Below are positions 35,912 to 48,500 of a stretch of 55,811 bases of DNA, one piece after another. The first letter of the stretch is position 1; every line of letters begins with the position of its first letter. Origin of the DNA: Chitinophagaceae bacterium (GTDB lineage Bacteria > Bacteroidota > Bacteroidia > Chitinophagales > Chitinophagaceae); assembly GCA_036376375.1 (NCBI GenBank), contig DASVAM010000291.1, positions 1-55,811 on the forward strand, given 5' to 3'. The notes under the pieces were generated by a model. It ran no database searches. It was not told the origin of the DNA and saw only the letters and a program-made list of their open reading frames with translations. The translations under genes and the position numbers were made by a program.

Positions 35912-37207
35912 ATGGAAAGGATTACAGCAACATATTTTATTGAAACACCTTTTGCTCCAGAAAAAGCAGCGGCAGTTCTTTCGGGTGAACAATCATCGGG
36001 CACTTTTGTTGCTGTGCCGGGAGAAACTTTGGAATTAAAAGAACGCTTTGCGGCACGGGTTGAGTCTGTTGAGCATTTAGAAACGGTCAATGAACCAGCG
36101 ATTCCGGGAGCAAATAGTAATGATGACAAATATTGCCGGGCCATTGTAAAGGTTTCATGGAGTATTGAAAATTTTGGACACAATCTTCCTGTTTTGATCT
36201 CGACATTACAGGGAAACCTTTATGAGATCGCCCAGTTCACGGGATTGAAGTTGATGGACATTGATTTACCTGGTTCGTTTGGCAAAGCGTATAAAGGACC
36301 TGCATTTGGCATTGACGGTTGCAGAAAACTAACAGGGGTCTATGACCGGCCGTTGATAGGGACGATCATTAAACCATCAATTGGTTTATCGCCGGAACAA
36401 ACTGCTGATATTGTAAAAACACTGGCTGAAGCAGGAATTGATTTTGTAAAAGATGATGAACTTCTTTCCTCATCTGCTAATTCAAATTTCAATGACCGCG
36501 TCGATGCGGTCATGAAGGTGATAAATGCTCATGCTGATAAAACCGGAAAAAAAGTGATGTATGCATTTAATATCAGCGGCGAGATAGATGAAATGTTGCA
36601 ACGCTATGAAAAGATCAAAAAAAGCGGTGCTACCTGTGCCATGGTTAGCATTAACAGTGTCGGATTATCCGGGGTAAAAAAGATAGCTGACCAACGACAA
36701 TTGGCAATTCATGGACACCGTAATGGTTGGGGAATGCTGACCAGGCATCCGTTGTTGGGAATTGATTTCAAAGCCTATCAAAAAATATGGCGGTTAGCTG
36801 GTGTTGATCAACTGCATGTAAATGGCATTCAAAATAAATTCTGGGAGAGCGATGACAGTGTAGTGGCTTCCATTGAAGCATGCCTGGCAAAAATGTATGA
36901 TCATAAAACAGTAATGCCGGTTATTTCATCCGGTCAATGGGGAGGACAGGCTTTTGAAACCTGGAGAAGAACAAAAACTGTTGATCTATTATATATGGCA
37001 GGCGGTGGAATTATGGCGCACCCAATGGGAGCAGCGGCGGGAGTAACGGCCTTGCAGCAGGCATGGGCGGCAGCCGTAGCCGGATTGAGTCTGGAAGAAG
37101 CGGCAAAGCAGTATAAAGAGTTTGGTAAATCAGTTGAAAACTTCAGCCCCCTAAATCCCCCGAAGGGGGACTTGGGGAAGATTCAAGCAAATCGCAATGA
37201 TAATTGA
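35912..37207 (+). CDS. RuBisCO-like protein (form IV RLP), not a carboxylase
   Basis: 'GTIIKPSIGLSP' (the K175 equivalent is kept, the K177 position is Ser), 'GIDFVKDDE' (KDDE active-site motif), 'IHGHRNG', 'AGGGIMAHPMG'. No small subunit or CBB genes are present. Followed by a DUF1537 kinase. Confidence 0.85.
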   Translation: MERITATYFIETPFAPEKAAAVLSGEQSSGTFVAVPGETLELKERFAARVESVEHLETVNEPAIPGANSNDDKYCRAIVKVSWSIENFGHNLPVLISTLQGNLYEIAQFTGLKLMDIDLPGSFGKAYKGPAFGIDGCRKLTGVYDRPLIGTIIKPSIGLSPEQTADIVKTLAEAGIDFVKDDELLSSSANSNFNDRVDAVMKVINAHADKTGKKVMYAFNISGEIDEMLQRYEKIKKSGATCAMVSINSVGLSGVKKIADQRQLAIHGHRNGWGMLTRHPLLGIDFKAYQKIWRLAGVDQLHVNGIQNKFWESDDSVVASIEACLAKMYDHKTVMPVISSGQWGGQAFETWRRTKTVDLLYMAGGGIMAHPMGAAAGVTALQQAWAAAVAGLSLEEAAKQYKEFGKSVENFSPLNPPKGDLGKIQANRNDN

Positions 37208-38526
37208 GCAAGCATAAAAAAATATTACTCGCATTTTATGGTGATGATTTCACCGGTAGCACTGACGCACTGGAATTTATCAGTAAGGCCGGTGCAAGTA
37301 CTTTATTGTTCACTGAAACACCAACAAAAGAGCAATTGGACACTTTTCCTAAGCTGGATGCATTTGGAGTAGCTGGTAAAACAAGGTCATTGTCATCGGT
37401 TGAAATGGAAAAGATATTAATACCTGCTCTTAAAGAGATGAAATCAACAGGGGCAAGACATGTTCATTATAAGATTTGTTCAACATTTGATTCATCGCCA
37501 GTTGTTGGAAGTATTGGTAAGGCTATCGATTGTGGAGCTGAAATTTTTAATAATGATGTAATTCCGGTGATTGGGGGTATGCCCTCATTGGGTCGTTATT
37601 GCCTGTTTGGGAATTTGTACGCAAGAATGGGGATAGGAAGCAATGGACATATTTACCGGTTGGACAGGCATCCATCCATGAGTAAACATCCTGTGACACC
37701 GATGAATGAAGCGGACCTGAGAATTCACCTGGGCAAACAGACCAGTAGAAGAATTGGATTAATTGACAATGTACAGCAGAGAAAAAGAAAAAAGGAATGG
37801 CTTGATAATATTACTGATGAGAAGGTAGTATTGCTTGATACTATGAACGAAAATGAGTTGCTGAAAATTGGTGAATGGTTAAATACACAACAGAAAAAGC
37901 AAGGCCAATTATTCTCAGTTGGTGGTTCAGGAATTGAGATGGCTTTGGGCAAGTGTTGGAACAGGATTGAAGTATTGAAACCCCGAACTAAATGGAAGAA
38001 AATTCATAAAGCAACGCCATTATTAGTCATATCAGGCAGTTGTTCGCCTGTTACAAAAAATCAAATTGGCTATGCGGTTGCGGAAGGATTTATTGAAGTC
38101 CCATTAGAAATGGAGATATTTCAAGGAGACTCAGGAGATGGATTTTCAGTTGGAGCCGACCTCAACAAGATTTTATCGGCTCTCAGACAAAACAAAAGTG
38201 TTATTATACATACAGGCAATATTCGTGATATAGAACAACCAGGGTCATCTCGTATCCTGGGGAAAGCATTAGGATCAATTGCAAAAAAAGTTTGTGAAGA
38301 GACCAAATTAAAAAGAGTAGTAATTGCAGGTGGTGATACGAGTAGCTATGCTGCAAGAGCCATGGAAATTGAGGCAGTGGAAATGATTGCGCCATTAGTA
38401 AGTGGTGCTCCATTATGCAAAGCTTATTCAAAAAATAAATCGATCGATGGATTAGAAGTGAATTTCAAAGGAGGGCAGGTGGGAGGTGAGGATTATTTTG
38501 GGGTGATGATGCGTGGAGCATTATAA
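37204..38526 (+). CDS. Four-carbon/branched acid-sugar kinase (DUF1537 family), copy 2
   Basis: TTG start overlapping the RLP stop. 'ILLAFYGDDFTGSTD' N-terminal motif, 440 aa. Pairing with an RLP matches the 3-oxo-isoapionate kinase context. Confidence 0.8.
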   Translation: MSKHKKILLAFYGDDFTGSTDALEFISKAGASTLLFTETPTKEQLDTFPKLDAFGVAGKTRSLSSVEMEKILIPALKEMKSTGARHVHYKICSTFDSSPVVGSIGKAIDCGAEIFNNDVIPVIGGMPSLGRYCLFGNLYARMGIGSNGHIYRLDRHPSMSKHPVTPMNEADLRIHLGKQTSRRIGLIDNVQQRKRKKEWLDNITDEKVVLLDTMNENELLKIGEWLNTQQKKQGQLFSVGGSGIEMALGKCWNRIEVLKPRTKWKKIHKATPLLVISGSCSPVTKNQIGYAVAEGFIEVPLEMEIFQGDSGDGFSVGADLNKILSALRQNKSVIIHTGNIRDIEQPGSSRILGKALGSIAKKVCEETKLKRVVIAGGDTSSYAARAMEIEAVEMIAPLVSGAPLCKAYSKNKSIDGLEVNFKGGQVGGEDYFGVMMRGAL

Positions 38527-38536
38527 GAAATAAAAA

Positions 38537-38599
38537 TCTCACAGATTTCACAGATGTTCACTGAAATCTAATCTGTATAGATCCGTGTAATCTGTGAGA
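38537..38599. repeat. Palindromic 'cacagat/atctgtg' element directly after the kinase stop
   Basis: 'tctcacagat' (38537-38546) pairs perfectly with 'atctgtgaga' (38590-38599). Internal 'cacagat/atccgtg' units match the units in the GxxExxY cassette arms. Confidence 0.65.
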
Positions 38600-38615
38600 G
38601 TAAAATTTGAACAGT

Positions 38616-38768
38616 CTTTCCTTTCGCTCAGGATGACAAAAGAAATATAAGGAATAGGTAAATAGCGAACCAAAGCACAATAGTGCGACCCCGGGTTCCG
38701 CAAACTTCGTCGGCTCGTCGGGGCAGGCACAAGGGACGATGATAGTAGCGCAAAAGCTGGTAACATAA
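38616..38768 (+). repeat. Intergenic repeat module, copy B (long form)
   Basis: 'ctttcctttcgctcaggatgacaaaag...aatagcgaaccaaagcacaatagtgcgaccccgggttccgcaaacttcgtcggctcgtcggggcaggcacaagggacgatgatagtagcg...ggtaacataaaa'. Confidence 0.75.
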
Positions 38769-38793
38769 AAACTAAAAACATTCAATATAAAAC

Positions 38794-39456
38794 ATGTCAC
38801 AAAAAACTTTAGGCTTAGTTCATACATCGGCGACATTGGTGCCCGTATTTGCAGAGCTGTGCAATAAGTACCTGCCAAATGTAAAAACTTTCAACATCGT
38901 TGACGATAGTTTGATCAGGAACACTATTGCATCCGGGCAATTGACAGCTGACACATCCAGAAGAGTGGTGAACTATGCCGGGTCGGCACAGGATGCAGGC
39001 GCCGACTATATTCTATTTACCTGTTCATCGATCGGACCGGCAGTGGAAGCGGCCGCGGGAATGACAAAAGTGCCGGTGTTGAGAGTGGATCAGCCAATGG
39101 CAGACAAAGCTGTGCAAATAGGAAAACGCATCGGCGTGATCGCAACATTGCCGACAACCTTAGATCCTACAAGTGACCTGGTGAAACGACGTGCGGCGGC
39201 GGCAGGAAAAGAAATTGTGCTGGTCTCAAAACTATGCGAAGGAGCATTTGATGCATTAATGACCGGTGATGCGGCAACACACGATAAGAAAGTTGGCGAT
39301 GCATTGAAAGAATTGTCTAAAGAAGTTGATGTGATCGTTTTGGCACAGGCATCCATGGCAAGAGTGGTGGATACATTCAGCGAAGCTGATAAGAAAGTAC
39401 CGATACTCGCAAGCCCACCGATCGCCATGGAGTATTTGTCAACCATTTTAAAGTAA
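38794..39456 (+). CDS. Asp/Glu/hydantoin-racemase-superfamily protein, apparently single-Cys (arylmalonate-decarboxylase/isomerase-like)
   Basis: 220 aa. 'GLVHTSATLVP' start and 'ILFTCSSIGP' (first catalytic Cys context). The second-Cys position reads 'VLAQASMA', with no Cys. Confidence 0.55.
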   Translation: MSQKTLGLVHTSATLVPVFAELCNKYLPNVKTFNIVDDSLIRNTIASGQLTADTSRRVVNYAGSAQDAGADYILFTCSSIGPAVEAAAGMTKVPVLRVDQPMADKAVQIGKRIGVIATLPTTLDPTSDLVKRRAAAAGKEIVLVSKLCEGAFDALMTGDAATHDKKVGDALKELSKEVDVIVLAQASMARVVDTFSEADKKVPILASPPIAMEYLSTILK

Positions 39457-39466
39457 CCCGACCATC

Positions 39467-39497
39467 TTTCCCATGGAGAGGGGCAGGGGTGAGGTCT
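39467..39497 (+). repeat. 'GGAGAGGGG..GGGGTGAGGT' element, copy c, ending 2 nt before the ATG
   Basis: 'ctttcccatggagaggggcaggggtgaggtct'. The GTG at 39489 inside the element is in frame with the downstream ORF. Confidence 0.7.
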
Positions 39498-40814
39498 ATG
39501 ATCAAACTAAGTAAAATATCCTTAATTGTAAGCGGCATAGCAGTAATCCTGTTAATTATTGGACTCGGTATGCAACAGCAAATCTTATGGAAACCGGCTG
39601 CACTGATAACAGCTGTCAGTTTAGCGATTGGTTTGCGTGCAGTGCCTCCATTAAAAGGATATCAATACACCGCATGGATCATTAGCGCAGTCGTGGCAGG
39701 CATGATCTTTCCCGATGCATTTAAAAATTGGGGTGGATTAAACCTGCGGGATAAGACATTAATACTTGTCATCATACAGTTAGTGATGTTTGGCATGGGC
39801 ACACACATGAGCTTAAAAGACTTTAGTGGCATTGCAACAACCGGTAAAGGCGTTATGGTCGGCTTGTTTTGTCATTTCAGCATAATGCCATTGATGGGAT
39901 TGCTGTTGACAAAGGTTTTTCATTTTGAACCGGAAATTGCAGCCGGTATAATTTTAATTGGCAGTTGCAGCAGCGGGCTTGCCTCAAATGTTATGGTGTA
40001 CCTCGCAAGAGCAAACCTGGTGTTATCGGTTATCGTCACAGCAATGGCAACATTGATCGCTCCGCTGATGACACCGTTGCTGATGAAGACACTTGCCGGA
40101 ACGTTGATAGAAGTAAAGTTCATCGACATGATGATCGAGATAATTAAAATTGTACTTGTTCCTATTGGCGCTGCCTTGTTGCATGATTATATGAAAAGAG
40201 CAACGGATGCTCAATTAAAGAAAGTTTACCGCGTGTCTGGAATCGCTGTCATATGGTTATTTGTTGTTGTTTTCTGGCAGGGAATTATTACGGATAAGGC
40301 GTTACAACAATCCGTTACTCTTTCGGGTTTCTTTGCCGGTGCCGTGATCGCCGGTGTCGTCTATCATTATTTATATGATCGTTTTCCAAAGCTTGATAAC
40401 ATCATGCCGCTGATATCCATGTTCGGCATTATCTATTTTACAACAGTGACTACGGCTGCAGGGCGGGAGAACCTGGTGAAGGTTGGCGTATTATTATTTA
40501 TTGCATCGGTTATTCATAACGCTGCTGGCTATTTTTTTGGTTATTCGCTCAGTCGCTTGTTTGGTATCGATAAGAATTCGAGTCGCACCATTGCCTTTGA
40601 GGTCGGATTGCAGAATGGAGGCATGGCATCGGGTATTGCGGGTAGTATGGGCAAGCTGGGCACGGTTGGTTTGGCTGCGGCAGTGTTCAGTCCCTGGATG
40701 AATATAAGCGGAAGTATTCTGGCGAATTACTGGAGTAGGAGAGCTGTGGCCCCCAGCCCCCCGAAGGGAGAACTTAGAGTTGAAGAGACTGAAAGCGTTC
40801 AGGCATCGGCTTAA
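39498..40814 (+). CDS. Bile acid:sodium symporter (BASS/SBF) family organic-anion carrier
   Basis: 'MFGMGTHMSLKDF', 'IMPLMGLLL' and 'GSCSSGLASNVMVYLARAN' are typical BASS motifs. The C-terminal tail 'APSPPKGELRVEE...' is repeat-derived. Confidence 0.8.
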   Translation: MIKLSKISLIVSGIAVILLIIGLGMQQQILWKPAALITAVSLAIGLRAVPPLKGYQYTAWIISAVVAGMIFPDAFKNWGGLNLRDKTLILVIIQLVMFGMGTHMSLKDFSGIATTGKGVMVGLFCHFSIMPLMGLLLTKVFHFEPEIAAGIILIGSCSSGLASNVMVYLARANLVLSVIVTAMATLIAPLMTPLLMKTLAGTLIEVKFIDMMIEIIKIVLVPIGAALLHDYMKRATDAQLKKVYRVSGIAVIWLFVVVFWQGIITDKALQQSVTLSGFFAGAVIAGVVYHYLYDRFPKLDNIMPLISMFGIIYFTTVTTAAGRENLVKVGVLLFIASVIHNAAGYFFGYSLSRLFGIDKNSSRTIAFEVGLQNGGMASGIAGSMGKLGTVGLAAAVFSPWMNISGSILANYWSRRAVAPSPPKGELRVEETESVQASA

Positions 40815-40862
40815 TTTATGTTCACCACGAAGATTACTTTGTGTTACTTCGTGACTTTGTGA

Positions 40863-44375
<3,513 letters not shown>

Positions 44376-44388
44376 GTTTTTGAACCAT

Positions 44389-44460
44389 GGAGACACGAAG
44401 ACACGAAGATGCACAATGATTCTCTCCGTGTTGCTCTGTGTTCTATGTGCCTCTGTGATC
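44389..44460. repeat. 'cacgaag / ctctgtg' palindromic repeat spanning the start of the next gene
   Basis: 'ggagacacgaagacacgaagatgcac...ctctccgtgttgctctgtgttctatgtgcctctgtgatc'. The right arm encodes the signal-peptide core 'ILSVLLCVLCASVI'. Confidence 0.6.
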
Positions 44461-45537
44461 CAATCAAATGCTCAGAAAGAAGTCCCACGATCTGTAATGC
44501 AAAAAATTTATGATGAAGTGAAGACGCCCTATAAATATGGCCTGGTTGTAGTGCCGGAAAACGATTCAAAGAAGATCGACTGTCCTTCTGTTTTCAGAAA
44601 AGGCAAAGTTTGGTACATGACATATATATTATTCGATGGAAGAGGTTATGAAACATGGCTGGCTAAAAGTAAAAACCTTCTGGAATGGAAACCACTTGGC
44701 AGAATTATGAGTTTTGGAGATACAACTATTGATGGAAATATTTTGGGTCTAAAGGATATGGAATGGGATGCCAATCAGCGAGCAGGTTATACAGCTTTGG
44801 AAGATCATCAGTGGGGCGGTTCTTATCAATTGCAGAAATTCAATAAGAAATATTGGATGAGTTATATAGGTGGCAGGGAGAAAGGGTATGAAACCGGTAA
44901 ATTGAGTATTGGTATTGCACACACAGAGAAAGACCCGGCCAAACCGCATGAATGGAACAGGGTAGGTGATCCCATTTTATCTGCCTCGGATAAAGATGTT
45001 CGCTGGTGGGAGAATAAAAAATTATACAAGAGTTCGATCATTTGGGACAAGAACAAAACGTTGGGTCATCCATTTGTGATGTACTATAATGCAAACGGCG
45101 ATACAAGCAATAACACACCCAAGTGGCGTTGGTTTGAAAGGATTGGAATGGCTGTTTCGGATGATATGATCAACTGGCAGCGTTATCAAACCGATCCTGT
45201 CGTTCATCATAAAATTGGGATCACAGGTGATGGCGTTATCCAAAAGATAGGTGATATATGGGTGATGTTTTATTTTGGTGCATTCTGGGAAGACCGGCCT
45301 AAGGAGGCCTTCAATCGATTTGCCTGCAGTTATGATCTTGTGAACTGGACAGATTGGAACGGTGATGATCTTGTGAAGTCGACCGAAGATTATGATGCGA
45401 AGTATGCCCATAAAAGTTTTGTGGTGAAATGGAAGGGTATTGTGTACCATTTTTATTGCGCGGTGGATATTGACGATCATCGTGGGATTGCGGTTGCCAC
45501 ATCCGTTGATAAGGGAACGAGTAAATTAAAATTTTAA
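44416..45537 (+). CDS. Secreted five-bladed beta-propeller glycosidase-like protein (GH43/GH32/GH130 clan); family uncertain
   Basis: ATG at 44416 gives 'MILSVLLCVLCASVIQSNAQ'. 'DCPSVFRKGKVWYMTY', 'IGIAHT', 'IGMAVSDDMINW' and 'YAHKSFVVKWKGIVYHFY' show blade-like periodicity. Confidence 0.5.
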   Translation: MILSVLLCVLCASVIQSNAQKEVPRSVMQKIYDEVKTPYKYGLVVVPENDSKKIDCPSVFRKGKVWYMTYILFDGRGYETWLAKSKNLLEWKPLGRIMSFGDTTIDGNILGLKDMEWDANQRAGYTALEDHQWGGSYQLQKFNKKYWMSYIGGREKGYETGKLSIGIAHTEKDPAKPHEWNRVGDPILSASDKDVRWWENKKLYKSSIIWDKNKTLGHPFVMYYNANGDTSNNTPKWRWFERIGMAVSDDMINWQRYQTDPVVHHKIGITGDGVIQKIGDIWVMFYFGAFWEDRPKEAFNRFACSYDLVNWTDWNGDDLVKSTEDYDAKYAHKSFVVKWKGIVYHFYCAVDIDDHRGIAVATSVDKGTSKLKF

Positions 45538-45576
45538 AAACCTGTCTCCGATGCCCCGGAGAACGTAGACTGAAAA

Positions 45577-48500
45577 ATGTTAAGCGTTAAAAAACATTTT
45601 CTTATTTCGATTTGCCTGCTTGTGACATCTTTGCCGGTTTTTGCACAGCAACCTAAGACTGTCGATCTAATTGAAAAAACTTTCCTTATCCCACCGGAAT
45701 CGGCCAAGCCATGGGTGTTCTGGTATTGGTTACATGGCGCGGTTTCGAAAAAGGGTATTACCGCAGACTTAGAAGCAATGAAACAGGTTGGTATCGGGGG
45801 CGCCTACCTCATGCCAATTAAGGATACTTCATCTGCAATACCATTTCAACCGCAGGTGAGGCAATTGACTCCTGAATGGTGGGCCATGGTAAAATTTGCT
45901 ATGCAGGAAGCAAAAAGACTTAAACTGCAGCTGGGAATTCATGTTAGTGATGGTTTTGCATTAGCAGGTGGACCATGGATCACTCCGGAGTTGTCGATGC
46001 AGAAATTAGTTTGGACAAAAACATATATCAGCAAGGGGTTCACAGGAAAAATCAATTTGGAACAGCCGGAATCATATAACGGGTTTTATAAAGATGTTGC
46101 CGTGTTTGCCTATCCGGCAAATTCATCCTCTCCATTCAACGATGTTGTACTGGTACCCACCGTAACAGCAAGTAATGGAACAAAGCCTCAATTCCTTTCT
46201 TTCCATGACCCCGACAATAAAGAAACTTTCAGAAGTGACACGAACTGTTGGATACAATATAAATACCCGGAACCATTCACTTGCCGTTCGATCCGCATTC
46301 ATGAGGGAACCAATAACTACCAGGCACAGCGATTTATTATTCAAAAAAGTGATGATGGAGTAAATTTTATTTCCGTTGATACATTGCATCCACCACGTCA
46401 TGGATGGCAGGATTGGGAACTGCCCTATACGCACGCTATAAAGACTTTTACGGCAAAATATATTCGCCTTGAATGGAAGAAGGAAGGTACAGAACCCGGC
46501 AGCGAAGATCTTGATGCGGCAAAATGGCGACCTGTATTAAGAGTTCGTGGTATATATCTCAGCGATGAACCGGTCATAAATAATTATGAAGCTAAAAATG
46601 GAAGTGTATGGCGTATTGCTGCAAAAACAACAACGGATGAAGTGTCTGAATCAGATGCCGTGGCTCAGAATAAAATAATTAACCTTACCGGCAAATTGTC
46701 TGCAACTGGATCACTAAACTGGACACCGGCTGCAGGTAACTGGGTGATTGCACGAATTGGTCATACTTCAACCGGCGCTGTTAACAGCACAGCCGGTGGA
46801 GGTAAGGGATTGGAATGTGATAAGTTCAGCATTGAAGCAACGTCTTTGCAATTCAATGATTGGTTTGGAAAATTTTATACCAAAACCGATCCGGCATTAG
46901 CGAAACAGGTTATTAAAATTTTTCATGTTGACAGCTGGGAATGTGGCAGCCAGAACTGGAGTAAAAATTTTGCCGCAGAATTTAAGAGAAAAAGAGGCTA
47001 TGACCTGCTTCCGTATTTATTGGTGATGACTGGCACCCCCATCGACAACGCGGAAACTTCCGAGAAAGTATTGCACGATGTCAGGCAAACCATTGCTGAA
47101 CTGGTGAATGATAAATTTTATGCAACGCTAAAGAATCTCGCTCATACAAAAGGAGTATTATTCAGCGCTGAAAGTATGGCACCCACATTTGTAAGCGACG
47201 GACTGATGCATTACAAGCATGTTGATATACCCATGGGAGAGTTCTGGCTTAATAGTCCAACGCATGATAAGCCCAACGATATGTTCGATGCGATAAGTGG
47301 TGCACATATTTATGGAAAGAATATTGTACAGGCGGAGGCGTTTACTACATTACGCAGCGATTGGGGCGAACATCCCGGTAATCTAAAGGCATTGGGTGAT
47401 CGTGCCTTTGCTTCTGGCATCAATAAGCTTTCATTGCATGTCTTCATGCATAATCCCTGGATGGATAAAAAACCGGGAATGACACTGGATGGAATTGGTT
47501 TGTTTTATCAACGTGATCAAACATGGTTCAAACAAAGCAAAGCCTGGATCGAATACTTAACAAGATGCCAGGCATTGTTACAATTGGGAAAACCTGTTGT
47601 TGATATTGCTGTATTTACAAGTGAAGAAACGCCACGACGGTCCATATTACCTGACCGATTAGTAAACACATTGCCCGGAATTTTTGGAAAGGAAATAGTG
47701 GAAGCAGAAAGAAAACGGTTACAAAATGAAGGACAACCGATGCGAACTATTCCTGATGGGGTAACACATTCGGCAAATATGGCGAACCCGGAAAATTATA
47801 TTGATGCATTGCAGGGTTATAGCTATGATTGTTTTAATCCTGATGTTTTAATGCAAATGAAAGTGCTGAATGGGAGAGTAATAACGCCGGGGGGTGCGAG
47901 CTATGCAGTACTGATTATACCGGGGAAACACCCAATGAATCCGAATGGAACAATGAGTGCAGCTATACTAAATAAATTGAAACAGTTGGCAAATGCAGGC
48001 GTAAAGATCATCATCGGCCAAGAACATATTAAATCATTTAACGGTAATAAAAACATTGTGGTAACATCTTATCGAGATACGTCATTTCTAAAGTTTGGAG
48101 TACAAAAAGATCTGGCAGTAAGAAAAGGTAACATAGCATGGACACATAGAAAGAGCGGCGATTCAGAGATTTATTTTATTTCGAATCAGTCAGATTCCCT
48201 TCAGCCTGTGGAATTATCTTTTCGCATAACAGGAAAGAGGCCGGAGATATTTGATCCTGTAACGGGGCTAATTAGTGGATGTATCACCCTGCCTCTTGAA
48301 AAAGGAAGAAGAAATGTTTTTTTATCATTAGAAGCCAGACAAGCAATTTTTATTGTATTCAGCAGAAAAGAGGAGACGTTTGAATCTGGCGGTTGGACTG
48401 TTCATTCAAGCGGTGGTATACCTTTCAACGAAGATTGGAAAATATCTTTCAAAAAAAATAATGGAGCACCTTTATTATCTGTTTCGCCGGATGCCCTAAA

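Noticed and set aside
35912-37207. RuBisCO large-subunit homologue as evidence for CO2 fixation
   Set aside because: There is no small subunit, phosphoribulokinase or CBB genes. The K177-equivalent is Ser. It is coupled to a DUF1537 kinase inside a sugar-acid/glycosidase block. This is the signature of a form-IV RuBisCO-like protein, not a carboxylase.
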